The notes below the pieces were generated by a model that searched no databases, was not told the origin of the DNA, and saw only the letters and a list, made by a program, of their open reading frames with translations. From the NCBI RefSeq assembly GCF_001194135.2, contig NC_068988.1, positions 45,636,903-45,685,687 on the forward strand: DNA of 48,785 nucleotides. Reading direction: 5' to 3'. Shown piece by piece: positions 26,050-39,224 of the stretch. The first letter of the stretch is position 1. The number at the start of each line of letters is the position of its first letter. This stretch comes from Octopus bimaculoides. Lineage: Eukaryota. A program made the position numbers and the translations under genes.

Positions 26050-27699
26050 TTTTTATTTGAAACCAATATTAAACTAGCACAAGGTATTGAAGTGGAAGAA
26101 TTCTTAAGCAGCATTTTGTCCTACTTTACATTTTGAGTTCAAATTCTGCCAAGGTCTACTTGGCATTTCACCTATTTGGAATTGATAAAATAAGTACCAG
26201 TTGAGTACTGAGGTTGATGTAATTGACTTACCTGCTCCCCCACAATTGCTGGTTGAGTGCTAATAATTGAAACCAACACCAAGTTAGCATATTGCAGCTA
26301 TTTCTTTTTTTTGTAATTTGAATTAGATAAATTAATCACACTCTATGGTATGACTGGCACATTTGTGAACTAGCCACATTTGCCAGTATTGAAACAGTTA
26401 TATTTGATATATTACTTTAAAATACAGCTTGCTGTTGGCATATTGTGGTAATTATTCAGCTAAGTGGGAAAAGGTGGTTTGTATGGGCAAGTATGTGAGA
26501 GCCCATTATGGTTTATGAATTTGTGGATATCATTTAAAAAATGCAGTAATTAAAATGCTAAATCATGCATAAATTGCATGCTATAATGTAACTGGTCCTA
26601 TAAATGTAATTAGAAAGATTTATTAATTACACTTGTTTATGTGAATGCATTCAACATACTCATGATTTTTAAGTGGCATGTTCATAATGGTGGCATGTGC
26701 ATAATAGATGCAGCATAGTCCATTGAACTTATGAATTGTGCTGTTGTTACAGTTGTAATGATGTAAATTCTATTTGGTTTCCTGCTGCCTATATCCATAA
26801 CTAACTCTATGGTGGAACTGGCACTTGTTTGCTTTTTTGAAACTGAACCAACTTTCTGTTTTCAGTGTTAAGAAGTGAAATTTAGAAAAGTGAAACTTAA
26901 ATTAAAAAACTTAAGTTTTACGCTTGAAGTTTTTTAATGTATGAGATATATCTAAAATGATGAAATATTTATTTGTCCCCCTCCAATTTAAAATAAATTA
27001 AAACAATATATTTAGAATGATATATGTATGCAAAATAAAATTGGTAAAATACCTATTCATTCCACCTTCATTTCAAAATTAATGAAAACTATATATTATA
27101 TTAAAAATGATAAAATGGTGTATTCAAAATTATATATAAATAGAAAAAAATGGAGAAAGAAAAAGATATAACTGAAACAAGATATTATTAAAAATGATAA
27201 AATACTTATTCTTTAAATATATATGTATATAATAAAAAAAATAAAACATTTATTCGTATCCCACTCATCAAAGTAAATGCAAAATGATATGTATTAAAAA
27301 TAATCTAATCATACATTTAAAATTATAAATATTAAAAAAAAATTAATAAAGTCTATACCATACAGACTATTGAAAACAAAGCAACTGTGATTTGTCTTTA
27401 TGTAACTTAAATTCACCCAGCTACCCTACTACCATGCTGATATGCATCCCATTAATTGTTGCACCACTACAGAGTCCCCTTAGGGTCTGTAGTGACTTCA
27501 CTATCTATATCAACAAAACTGGCTTGTTGATTAATTGTGCAATAGTTGTATCTTATCAAACAAATATTATAGTATACTTCTTAGACTATATAACGACACC
27601 TGGTAAAACATAATCTAGAATTATTAGCAATGAAGTAACTTCATTCCTTTGTCACACATCTAATAAAATTAAATTCTAAGACAACTTCTTTTGCATCAT

Positions 27700-28300
27700 A
27701 TTTTCAAAACAATACTTCTTGCAAAGACACTGTCATCTATCTCTATGATGAGTCTGGGTTCACCAAGTTGTATTAAGTTTTGCAGGGTCCATTGTGAAAT
27801 GATTTTACACAGGTGACATTTCCTCTCAATTACAACTTCTGGAACCACTTCACACCAATTCAAAAGACCATTGATGAATGGCTTGCATCATTCCTCTAGC
27901 TATATAAAGGAAGCCAAATATTTGCTTAAACTTTACTCTGGAATTTTCAAAAAATTGTTCCCTTTCTGAACCACTTCATTAATATTTTTCTTCCTCTATC
28001 AATATTGTTTATTTAGAAAGATTTTATTATTAATGGACTTTTGTAAAAAATGTTTCCACCTTTTCTTCTGCAACTTTACATGAACACTTCCAAGTTCTAA
28101 TTCTATGCATACCACAGAATTGCAATTATTTCATTCCTTTTGCAATGGAATGAAAAACATACTGAGAAATCCACGTTGCTTTTCTTTATATTCTCAACTT
28201 GAATTAAGAACTGTTGATGTTCTGTAGACATTTTATTTTTAGAACATTTAATTTTTAAAGAAATTTTTCTTGCTTTCTTTTGTAGCTGAGATTCATCCAT
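27700..28300 (-). mobile_element. Merlin (IS1016-like) transposase remnant
   Basis: IQLGEPRLIIEIDDSVFARS resembles the Merlin/ISXO2 LGG.G..VEIDES.F motif; WKCSCK...ETFF upstream. Heavily decayed. Confidence 0.6.
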
Positions 28301-28694
28301 TCCATTTCTAATGGATTGGAGAGAATTGGCTTCTGAGGGATCAATTGAGAGAAAGCGTTACTTTTGAAAATGAATGTAAGTGATGCAGGGAAAAAGTGGT
28401 TCTGGTGAATACAGCTGCGCTTTCCAGAACAATTGAATAAGGATTCAAGTTGATACCATCAACATGAATTAAAAATTGTCAAGTGCTTGAAAAATTTTTT
28501 CATGATTAGATTAAAAAAATATAACGACTGACAATTTGATGAACTTATGTCAACATTCTTAATATATGCTGTTTTCTTCTTTTTTCTAAGAAATTAAGAC
28601 ATATAATTTTAAATATATCATTTTGTCATTTTAACATATGTTGCTTTCATCAATTTTGAAGTAGAGAGAAATGAATAAGTTTTATTTTTTTTAA

Positions 28695-28901
28695 ATAACC
28701 CCTTTGTTGTAAAATTTCTGAGGAAATACATTGCCTTGGTCCCAATTATTTTGAAAATAATGAAGAATTTAGTAAAATAACTTTATCATTATTAAGCTGG
28801 TCTTTGGAACATAAATTAGCATGGAATTTTTATGGGATATACAGGAACTTTGTATCATAAAGCCAAGGCAATCTTGGGCAGGTTGTAATTAAAAGAGTTA
28901 A
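28695..28901 (-). mobile_element. TTAA-bounded (piggyBac-type) MITE
   Basis: Reverse complement aligns with 41429-41661; begins TTAACTCTTTT on the minus strand. Confidence 0.7.
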
Positions 28902-29202
28902 AAATATAATTAATCTGTTATATTTTAAAATGATAGAATAAATGCCATATTGCTCTTAATATACATCATTTTATATATGCATTCTTCTTCTCAAAAAGTT
29001 ACATGCAAAGTGAATAATTGATACCAACTGAATTGAAAATTGTCCAATAAAGTATGGTTTTTCTATGAATTTGAAAGCCTCCTCTGCCAAAAAAGGAAAA
29101 TAAACAAATTTTGGAAGAGAATAGTTTTAGAAATGTATCTTAAAAAAGGAAGAAACAGTTGAGATTGACAACAAAAAACTGCTTTGTTTCATTGCAAAGT
29201 TT

Positions 29203-29582
29203 GCAGGTGTGGCACATGGGATAAAACGTTTACTACCCAACCGCATGGATCTGGGTTCAGTCCCATTGTGTGACACCTTGAGCAAATCTTTTCTATTATA
29301 GTATGAGGATGACTAAAGCCTTGTGAGTGGATTTGGTAAACAAACTTAAAGAAGCCCATTAAGTGTGTGTATGTGTGTCTATCTGTGTTTATCCTCCCCA
29401 CTCCCACTTGCCAACCAGTGTTGTTAGGTTTACACCCCTATAATTTTCAGTTTGGCAAATGAGGCTGATGGAATAAGTGCTAGACCTAAAAGATGAATAC
29501 TGGGGTCGATTCATCTGGTGAAAATTCTTCAAGGTGATGCTCCAGCATGGCTGCAGTCTAATGACTAAAACAAGTAAAAGAA
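29203..29582 (+). mobile_element. SINE family A
   Basis: Colinear with 31343-31722. Confidence 0.9.
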
Positions 29583-29639
29583 ATTTTAAAAAAATATAAA
29601 GAAATATGACATAAATGCAAAATACTCTAGTTCTTCTCT

Positions 29640-30087
29640 CTTACCTTTTCTTTTACTTGTTTCAGTCATTGAACTGTGGCCATGATGGGGCACTGACCAA
29701 CTGACCCCCCAGTACATATTTTTTTTATAAGTATTGGTATTTATTCTGTTGGTCTCTTTTACCAAACCACTAAGTTACAAGAATATAAACAAATCAACAC
29801 CAGTTGTCAAGCAGTGGTGGGTGACAAACAAACCAACAAAAATACACACACACATACACATACGCACACACACACACACACACGCACATGCATACACACA
29901 TACACACACTCATGCATGCACACATATGCAACAGGCTTCTTTCAGTTTCCTTTCACAAAATCCACTCAGAATGCTTTGGTTCGCCCAAGATTATAGTAGA
30001 AGACATGCCTAAGGTGGCATACAATGGGGCTGAACACAGAACCATGTGGTTGGGAATGAAGCTTCTTACCACACAGCCACACCTGGG
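29640..30087 (-). mobile_element. SINE family A (reverse) with internal (CA)n
   Basis: Reverse complement of the family A head and tail. Confidence 0.85.
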
Positions 30088-30544
30088 TCTATGTTTATAA
30101 ATATGAAGTAAAAAAAAAAAGGCCTTGTGAAACCAATGTCATTGCTTCAATATATTAAACCTAAATGCAACAAACCTGTTAGGCTTGAAGGAAACCTTTG
30201 CCATGTTTATGAGCTGCCATAACACAATAATAAATAGTGATTATTTAGGTGATTTATGCAAAAAGAATATTAATGATGGTAAAATGAGTTCTAAATTAAA
30301 AATGCACCATACAAAGTATTTAGAAGTGATAAAAAATGTGATCAGTGTTCATTTTGAGAATGACTTAATTAGTGACATAGAAGATTGAAATTCTTTTGTT
30401 TATTACTGAATGAGTGAAATGATATTACTGTTGGGAAAATGTCTGGGATGGCTTTAATATATATTTTTGCAAAAAAAAAAACATATAATACAAATGTCTT
30501 TACTTTGTCCACCAAAGTTACATCTTCATGATCATCATGATAAT

Positions 30545-30830
30545 CATCATCGTCATCATCATTTAATGTCCACTCTCCATGCTTTCCGTGCTGAGATGGG
30601 TTGGACAGTTTGACAGGGAGCTGTCCAGCTGGGAGCTGTCTAGGTTTCAATTGTCTGTTGTGGCACAGTTTCTACAGTTGGATGCCCTTCTTAATGCCAA
30701 CCACTAAACAGAGTGTGCCAGGTGCTTTTTACATGCCACCAGTGTGGGTGCATTTATGCAGTACTGGCATGGGTGCATTTTATGTGGTACTGGCATCTGT
30801 AAAAGTACAAGCTTGTATGTGTGGAAGACA
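30545..30830 (-). mobile_element. RTE-related 3' end or SINE with (ATG)n tail
   Basis: Reverse complement of ggttggcattaagaagggcatccaactgtagaaa...gcatggagagtggacattaaatgatgatg; same family as 35058-35450. Confidence 0.8.
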
Positions 30831-31342
30831 GCGATTTTACTTAGTTTCACACATCTTATCAAAATACAGCAAATCACAAAATGTAATTTTGACAGCATTG
30901 AGAATGCTTAAAAATCTGAATTAATAAGAAAAAAATAAACATAAAGAATCTTAGAGTTCTTAATACTAATAAAGTTAGTGTTATGGGTGGAACTAACAAT
31001 TGTGTACATTAATAGGTACAAGCTAAAATTTCTTCCCTTATTTAGTTCAATATGTATACCATATTCTTCAGCTAGCTATGTTAAGTTTCTGTTAATTGCT
31101 TATCAAAAGACTTTTTAAAAGCCCATACTAAGTAATTAATAATGAAGAAAACCCACTAAACTCTGGTTATCTATTGAATCAACTGTAGGAAAATTAATAA
31201 GCCCATAGCTTGAGAAATATTGTAAAGTGCTATATTGTTGAAAATTTATGGAATATATTCATAGAAAAATAACTTGGCGTATTTGTTATGCTTAATATTC
31301 AAATATTAATACTGTACGATTTGACATGTAAATATAACTTAT

Positions 31343-31722
31343 GCAGGAGTGGCTGTGTGGTAAGTAACTTGCTTACCAACCACATGGTTCCGGGTTCAGT
31401 CCCACTGTGTGGCACATTTGGCAAGTGTTTTCTACTATAGCCTCGGGCCGACCAAAACCTTGTCAGTGGATTTGGTAGATGGAAACTGAAAGAAGCCCGT
31501 CGTATATATGTATATATATATACATATATATGTATGTGTGTTTGTGTTTGTCCCCCCAACATCGCTTGACAACCGATGCTGGTGTGTTTACGTCCCCGTA
31601 ACTTAGCGGTTCGGCAAAAAGAGACGGATAGAATAAGTCCTGGGGTCGATTAGCTCAACTAAAGGCGGTGCTCCAGCATGGCCACAGTCAAATGACTGAA
31701 ACAAGTAAAAGAGTAAAAGAGT
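31343..31722 (+). mobile_element. Young SINE family A
   Basis: CpG-retaining head and body, with (aaaagagt) tail. Confidence 0.92.
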
Positions 31723-31814
31723 AAATGAAGACTATTAATAAATAAAAGTTATTAAATGATTATTAAAAGGTAATATTTTGTGAGAACCTCTGTAGTTAAT
31801 AAACTTCCTTGTAA

Positions 31815-32270
31815 TATTCGTTTCAAATTTTGGCACACAGCTAAGAATTTTTGGGGAGAGAGGGTTAAATCAATTACAACAGCCCCAGTGTTCAACTAAT
31901 AACTATTTTATCGATCCTAAAAGGATGAAAGGCAAAGTCAACCTCGGTAGAGTTTAAACTCAGAAAGTAAAGACGAGCAAGATGTCATCAAACATTTTGT
32001 CTAGCATGCTAATGATTCAAACAGCTTGCAGCCCTATCGTCTGTGTAATATTGATTTCAAATTTTGGCACAAGGCCAGCAACTGTGAGGGGTGGGGGCGA
32101 GTCAATTACATCAACTTCAATACTCAACTGCTACTTGTTTGATCAACCACAAAAGGACGAGAGACAAAGATGGTTGCAGCAGTATTTGAACTTAGAATGT
32201 AAAGATGGACGAAATGCCACTAAGCATTTTACCCAGTGGGCTAACGATTCTGCCAGCTTCCCACCTTAAA
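31815..32270 (-). mobile_element. Two decayed SINE family B copies in tandem
   Basis: Two ggatgaaaggcaaagtc / gactggaatttgaact-like blocks, each ending in ttctgccagc. Confidence 0.75.
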
Positions 32271-33319
32271 CTTCCTTGTAATACTGAAGAATATTTAGGT
32301 CCTGAGCTCTATTTCGGTTGTAGATTTGAAAGTAAAACAATTGACAAGTGAGTATAAGAAAGTGAACAATTTATTTTATACTTATTCAAACAACCCAAAT
32401 AAAGATTACCAGAAAGTATGGAAATTCTAAGAAATGTATACTTTTGCATACTTTTCTCTGTTAGAAATGTTCTTTAACCAGTCAAAGAATAAAGCTCAGT
32501 TTTCAAACTGATGGAATATTTGAGGACATCAAAAGAATCCATATCTATTGCTGAATATCAATTTCAAATAATCCATTTGTTGCACTAGACCAATAAAACT
32601 AATACTATCCTTTTTTTTTTTTTTTAGAGAGAAGTTTATCAATATAATGATGTGTCTGAATACAGTTTCTTTATAGACCTTACAGACTGTTCTATTTCAA
32701 CGTTTATACTTCCTCACTCCAATGCAGAAGTTGAAAGAATGTTTAGTTGTATAAATAATACAAACTCAAAATAAAGATATAAAATAGAACTGGAACTTCT
32801 CAATGCTATTTTATGTATAAAGTTTGCTTTATAAGTCTCAATAAAAGTTGCTGGAGTTATGAACTCAGGCAAAACTTTACAGTCATAGTGGAAGAATGTC
32901 AGCTTAGAGTAATACAGATTCAGATATAGACCTAGGAACCCCAAATATTTGTGAGTTAATCTGTCGCAGTTATTGACGAAGAATAATGTTCAGCAATGCA
33001 GAAAGTTAAACATGATATGGTAACCCATTTTTAAAATTAAAAATAATATTATTTTCTTTTAAAAAGGACATATATTTTATTCTTTAAAAAACTGTGATGT
33101 CATAGCTATTATTTTCAGTAAACTGGGTATACTTTTGGTTTCATTTAGCTATTCAGTGTGTTTCAATTAACTAAGAGCAAAAGGAACTACAAGGAAACGC
33201 AAAAACCAAACAAGAAAAAAAATCAAGAAAAATGGCACACTTCTTCAATTAAACATACCAAAGAAACACGTTATGTAACAAAACTGTCTTCAACATAACG
33301 ACAATAAATTCTATACCAG

Positions 33320-33731
33320 AAACAAGATTCCCAATGCTCAACTGATACTTATTTTATCGATTCTGAAAAGAATGAAAGATAAAGTTGATCTCATCAGATT
33401 TTGAAATCAGAATGTAAAGATAGATGAAATGCTGCTAAGCATTTTGTCCATCATGCTAATGGTTCTTATTTCTTTATTGCCCACAAGGGGCTAAACATAG
33501 AGGGTACAAACAAAGACAGACAAAGGGATTAAGTCAATTACATCGATCCCAGTGTGTAACTGGTACTTAATTTATCGACCCCGAAAGGATGAAAGGCAAC
33601 GTCGACCTTGGCAGAATTTGAACTCAGAATGTAATGGCAGACGAAATACCGCTAAGCATTTCACCCGGCGTGCTTACAATTCTGCCAGCTCGCCGCCTTG
33701 ATTCTGGTGATGATTCTGCCAGCTTACTGCC
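33320..33731 (-). mobile_element. Nested SINE family B: young copy 33463-33697 inserted into the head of an older copy
   Basis: The older body lies left of 33463; the remainder of the older head (gattctgccagcttactgcc) lies at 33712-33731. Confidence 0.88.
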
Positions 33732-34410
33732 TTTGATGAATTTAACTGTAATTACTGACATTGGTACAAGACCACACAGATTTGAATGAGATGTGCTGGT
33801 AATTAAATTAACTTTCATATTTGACTGGAACTGATTCTAATTTACTAGATACAGTGTTAGACAAATGGTGAAGAAATTTGCTTTGTAATTATTTGGGCTT
33901 AGATTTGATACCCTTGCATAATGTCTTGTGCAAATGTTTTTTTACAATAGCTTCGGGTTGAATCAAAACTAGTGAGTTGGATTGGGTAGATAGAAACTGT
34001 GTAGAAGACCATCAAATGGCCTGTGTCTGCAATTCAAAGTAGCAACCTTGTCACTTATTGTCACATTGATTCAGACTGAGAATTACACTATGGACGTACA
34101 AATGACCATGGATTCCTCTGCACTTCACTCAATGAGAAGCCCTTTCAGTTGATTGAATAACTGAATGCACATTGCTGAAATTGGAGGAGAAACCATTATC
34201 ATTATTGATCACAGAATGGTGAAATTTACTTATATCAACTTTTAGCAATCATTCTGCCAGGCACTTAGTCCCTGCTTTTGTCAATGCATGGTATTACAAA
34301 TTAAGAGCTATGCCTGAAATAAACTCTTCACACATTTTTATCCAGCAGAGATGAAAGAGTCATTGTTTTCTCTTGCTCCTCATCATATTAACTTAAAAAT
34401 TTGTTTGATG

Positions 34411-34411
<1 letters not shown>

Positions 34412-34441
<30 letters not shown>

Positions 34442-34515
34442 GAGCAGCAGCAGCAGCACCACCACCACCACCATCATGACCATGATTATGATCATCATCA
34501 TCATCATTATTATTG
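34412..34515. repeat. Compound trinucleotide repeat (CAT)n(CAG)n(CAC)n
   Basis: Seen directly. Confidence 0.9.
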
Positions 34516-35057
34516 GACAGAATTTGTGTTCTAGTGGTGAGTGGATGCTCTTTAACCATAACGCTACATTTAGATAATTGACTCGTCATGGTTTTATTAA
34601 TAAAACCTTTGATTGTGTTCTGGAAAATGTTGGTTTGTTTACATATAGTTTTATTATGTCGTTTCCCTTGTTCTCTCAATCAACATTGTTAACATTATAG
34701 ATATTATCACTGATGAAGTCATCAATAATTTTAAATGTATATTTTCTCTTTACATTTCCAATATATTCGGTTACAACATTTTTACGTTATTTTCAAATCC
34801 TTGTTTGTTCTCGTTATTTAGACCAACATTAGCCTTGATTAAGTTGACATACAAACTATGAGGAAAGAAGTTCCAGTCATAGACGTGTTTCCTTTTTTTT
34901 TTTCTTTTTAATTTTTTCCTTTCCAGAAAGTGTAGGACTAGTTTATTTAATGTGCCTTTCTATTTCTAAAAGTGGCTGTGTCTGATTTGTCTGGTACAAG
35001 AAACCAGTACAAGAAATTGTTTACAGTTTCCATTGTGGATTTGCAATTTAATATTCA

Positions 35058-35450
35058 TCATCATCATCATGTAGCATCCATTTTCCATGCTAGCATAGGT
35101 TAGATGGTTTGACTGGAACTGGTAAACTGGAGAGCTGCACCAGGTTCCAGTCTGATTTTGGCTTGGTTTCTACAGCTGGATGCCCTTCCTAATGCCAACC
35201 ACCCCAAGAGTGTAGTAAGTACCTTTTATGTGCGTAACCAGCATGGGTAACTTTTAAGTGTCACTGGCCACGACTATGCTTTCACTTGACCTGATGTGTC
35301 TTCTGAAGCAAATTGCCAAAGGTATTGATCACTTGTCATTGCCTCTGTGAGACCCAACATTCAAAGATCATGTTCCCCCACTTTGTCCTACGTCTTCTTG
35401 AGTCTACCTCTTCCACAGGTTCTTTCCACAGTTAGAGATTGGCACTTCTT
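35058..35450 (-). mobile_element. RTE LINE 3' end with (ATG)n tail
   Basis: KKCQSLTVERTCGRGRLKKT*DKVGKHDL*MLGLTEAMTSD followed by 3'UTR and gatgatg tail. Confidence 0.85.
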
Positions 35451-35585
35451 TAATATTATTTTAAACATTCTGAACTTATTTTGGAATTTATAGGCCTTGG
35501 TGTAGGAAGTAGTTTGCTTTCTAGCCACATGGTTCCAGGTTTGGTCTCATTATGTGGCACCTTGGGCAAACGTCTTCTGTACAGC

Positions 35586-35595
35586 NNNNNNNNNN
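35586..35595. other. Assembly gap (10 N)
   Basis: Run of N. Confidence 1.
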
Positions 35596-35870
35596 ACCAT
35601 TATATAATTATTTTGGTTTGGCTCAGGATCGGTCTTATTCCTGGTAGGATTCATGTAGGTAACGGCTACTACCTGTAATCTTAGGCATCCACAAGTTTTC
35701 AGCAGTCTTTCAAGCGCTTAGAACCCTCCTGATAATCCTTGCTGTCCCTAAGAGACAAATTTTCTGTAGGAGCTCTACCAGGTATTCTATTTCAATCTCC
35801 TTTGCTTCTTGTTCCCAATGCACCAACTAATATAGGCATGGCCTTTACTGTTCACGTGCTATATGATTGC
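35596..35870 (-). mobile_element. R4/Dong-like non-LTR 3' end, copy 2
   Basis: MPILVGALGT...ELLQKICLLGTARIIRRVLSA* followed by UTR and a taa-type tail. Confidence 0.85.
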
Positions 35871-36440
35871 GATTATTATTATCATTGCCTTTGCACAGCT
35901 TCTAATGGTGGAGATGTACTATGGTGTCAGCTGTTTACTACTAGTGAACTAAGATAACATCTCTTATTTTTTGAGCACCTTGTAGAGTATTCTAGTAGTT
36001 CCAAGCAGTGCTGTTTTCTGCAAGCACTCCCTTATTTGTTTCACGTACTTCTCTAGATTTTTACTCAGTGTTCTCAGGGCTCTGACAATTATTGGTACTA
36101 CTGCTACCTTTTTCCTTGACCACAACTGCTTAACTTCCCAAGCTAACCTGTCATATTTCTCGACTTTTCTTTCTTCCTTATCGCACACTTTGTTGTCAGC
36201 TGGGCATGCTATATCTATGATCCAGCATAGTTTGTTTTCTTTCTCAGTTAAGACTATGTCTGGCTTCCTATTCTCTATCTCATGGTCGCACTGAATCATA
36301 AAACCCCATAGGAGCTTTGCATTTTTATTTTCGATGATGCCTTCAGGTGTGGTCATACTAATTTTTTGTTCTGTCAAGTCCATACTTGTTGCAAAGTGTC
36401 CAATGGACAAGCCTGGCTATATTGATGTGGCATCTCTTAT
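35871..36440 (-). mobile_element. R4/Dong-like non-LTR 3' end with restriction-like endonuclease, copy 1
   Basis: KRCHINIARLVHWTLCNKYG; RKPDIV..IIDIACP (PD-(D/E)xK-type RLE); LQKTALLGTTRIL; (taa) tail at 35871-35886. Confidence 0.92.
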
Positions 36441-36746
36441 ATAATAATAATAATAATAATAATAATGATGAAAGGAAACATGTGGAGCCTCCCATGGACT
36501 GATTAATGATACATCTAGTGATGGTGTCACAATAAAAACACTGGTAATTGCGCAACCTCATAATCGCTACCTCATATGAGTGACAATGAAAAAACAAAAT
36601 ATTGTGAATAATGGTAGTACTGAAACTGAAGCCAATGATGGTGATAGTGTTGCATCCGGCAAACTCAGAGATTCTAGTCCAGCCTAGCGATATCCAGAAA
36701 GGGGTCACCACACACGGTGTAGATGGAGCAAGCAAAGTAATGATGT

Positions 36747-36927
36747 GATTATTATTATTATTATTATTATTATTATCATTATCATCATCGCTTTATCACA
36801 GGTTTTGTTGGAGCTCCTGGAGTCTTGCATGCATAGCAGGCTTACTACCTGAAGCCTATTCGTTCTTTTCAGCTATCTAATACTTCCCTCATTATTCTGG
36901 CTGTGCCTAAGTGGAAAACCTTTTCGT

Positions 36928-36930
<3 letters not shown>
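36747..36930 (-). mobile_element. R4/Dong-like non-LTR 3' end, copy 3
   Basis: KVFHLGTARIMREVLDS* followed by UTR and a (taa)n tail. Confidence 0.8.
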
Positions 36931-36958
<28 letters not shown>

Positions 36959-36997
36959 ATAATAATTATTATTATTATTGTTATTATTATTATTATT

Positions 36998-37430
36998 AAA
37001 GTGGTGAGCTGTCAGAATTGTTAGCATGCTGGACAAAATGATTAGATTCAGTCTATATGTTCTGAGTTAAAAATTCTGCTGAGGTCGACTTTGCCCTTCA
37101 TCCTTTCAGGATCGATAAATTAAGTACCAGTTGAGTACTGGGGTCGATGTAATCGGCTATCATCCTTCCCCAAACTTCAGACCTTGTGCCAATAAGAGAA
37201 AGGATTATTATTATTATTGCTAAGGCAGCAAGCTAGCAGAATGACACTGGACAAAATGCTTAGCAGCGTTTCTTCCAACATTACATTCTGAATTCAAATT
37301 TTGCCAAGGTGAACTTTGCCTTTCATCCTTTCAGGGTCATTAAAAAAAGTACCAGTTAAGCTCTGGGGTTGATAGAATTGAGTGACCATTTCCCTCAAAA
37401 TTTCAGACATGTACCTATAGTAGAAAAATC
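36998..37430 (+). mobile_element. Two SINE family B copies in tandem
   Basis: Two ggtgagctg/gcaagct...cagaa heads with gttctgagt...aagtaccagtt bodies. Confidence 0.85.
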
Positions 37431-37599
37431 ATTGTTGTTGCTACTGTTGTTGTTGTTGTTGTTGTTATTATCATCATTGCCATTTGTGTTTCCTTACATG
37501 ATTCTTTACACAGTTTAACTACTGATATGGGAATATCAACTAGTTTTTAATATGTCTATATGAGGCTGTACATCATCAGAAGGAAATGTGTTAAGAAGC

Positions 37600-38770
37600 A
37601 ACAGATATTACTATGACCAATACAGCAATAACAATTTTTTCAAGATTGATATGTCTTCCATATGGAATTAAAAGAGTCAATGCTATTTTTCAAAGAGCAA
37701 CTGTACAGTTTGTTGGAAATAACATAGGAAATATTATTGTTTATCAAGATGATGCATGTATTGGTGATAAAACTGTTGAAAACTTACATTTCAAAGCAGA
37801 TAAAAATCAGAAAAAGTTTTCTGTTATCAGGCATGATGATCAATTGAGCTAAATTTCTGTTAGACACTGATGAATTATCTTTTTTGGAATATAGGCTGAC
37901 AAAAGTAGATATTTCATGAAGTTACTATGTGGCTGTGAGAATTATGAATCTAAAACCACCAAAGGACAAGAAGCAATTAGAATCTTTTCTTGAACTTGTT
38001 AAATTCTATGAAAGATTTATTGATCATTATTCAGCCCACTTATCACTGCTTGCATCACTTCCTAAATGTAGTATCCCATTTTTGTGGGGAAATTTGACAA
38101 CAAAACGCATTTGAGCATATAAAGGAGATGTCAAAGCCTGTGTTCTAGATTTATAACACCACAAATGAAGTTATCTTAACAATTGATGTTACAGAAAAGA
38201 GCTATAATAGAAATACTTTCACTAGATGGCCATCTTGTATAATATTTATCAAGAGCATTAACTGAAGTTGAAAGATGAGACTCAAGCATTGATAGAGAAA
38301 CCTTAGTAACTGTATGATATACACAAAGAACATGTGTATTTTCTGCTTGACTGAAAATTTAAATTAATCTCAGATCACTGATCATTAGAATTAGTTTTTA
38401 CAATAATTGTGGCTTAACAAAAGTAACACTTACCTCTATTTTAAGCTGGGCCTTACAGATGACAGCCTTTGATTATAAAACTTAATTAGGTAAAGGGATC
38501 ATATATACCACATGGTGATGCATTGTTAGGGCTGGAATTTATTAATAATTTTGATTTCGATAAACATGGTCATGATGATAATTTTTTCTCATCTATCTTG
38601 AAGAAATGAATAATTCAAAACATGAAAATATAAAACAAGAGAAAAACAATGCTAACATTTCATATGATATATAAAAAAAGGAATTTTAATAAAATCGAAA
38701 GAATTGTTTTATTGTTGAAAGGCTATTTCAGTAATTGAAAAATAAGTTATTAATTGATGTTGGTAACCTG
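37600..38770 (+). mobile_element. Ty3/Gypsy RT-RNaseH remnant 3
   Basis: CLPYGIK..NAIFQR..IIVYQDD (YQDD at 37742-37753); LKPPKDKKQLESFL..VKFYERFI; RNaseH-like downstream. Many stops. Confidence 0.88.
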
Positions 38771-39224
38771 TGTAATAGGTGATTTTTCTGGCACCTTGAT
38801 TGAGAATCTTAATAATATAATCTGTGCAGTATGATGTACACCGTGGCTCCACTGAGGCCCCTTCTCCTCCTCTGCTCATCATCTAACATCCAGGATCCAT
38901 GCTGGCATGTGCTGGATAGTTTGAACGGAATTAATGTGTCCAAGGATTGCATCAAGTTTCAATGTCTGCTTTGATATGGTTTTTACAGCTAGCTACTCTT
39001 CCAAATCCCAACCACTTTACAGTATGGATTGGGTGCTTAAAGCTCAATAGAAACAAACAAAAATTGGTTGAAATTAGAAACATTGCACCCAGGTTATACT
39101 GAAGATGTGGAATGATGCTTAAGAATATATTCAACTTATGCTAGAAAAAAACTAAAATGGCCTCATGAAGTGCACACACAATCTAAAGAAATTAAAGTAA
39201 GGTTAATTACCATGCAGCTGATGT

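Larger units (their letters stand above)
30130..32950 (+). mobile_element. hAT transposase fossil interrupted by nested retroelements
   Basis: Pieces in hAT order: DYLGDLCKK..LKMHHTKYLEVIKNVISVHF..DIED; LLLNE*NDITV; KVSVMGGTNN; TKLWLSIES; RLPESMEIL; and C-terminal dimerisation motif LPHSNAEVERMFS (~32715-32755). Confidence 0.85.

Noticed and set aside
27465-27494. 9-bp perfect stem-loop CACTACAGA / TCTGTAGTG
   Set aside because: Isolated and short, with no second copy or matching element end in the window; compatible with chance.
34383-34679. ORF with poly-D/G/A/H runs
   Set aside because: It is a translation of a compound trinucleotide repeat.
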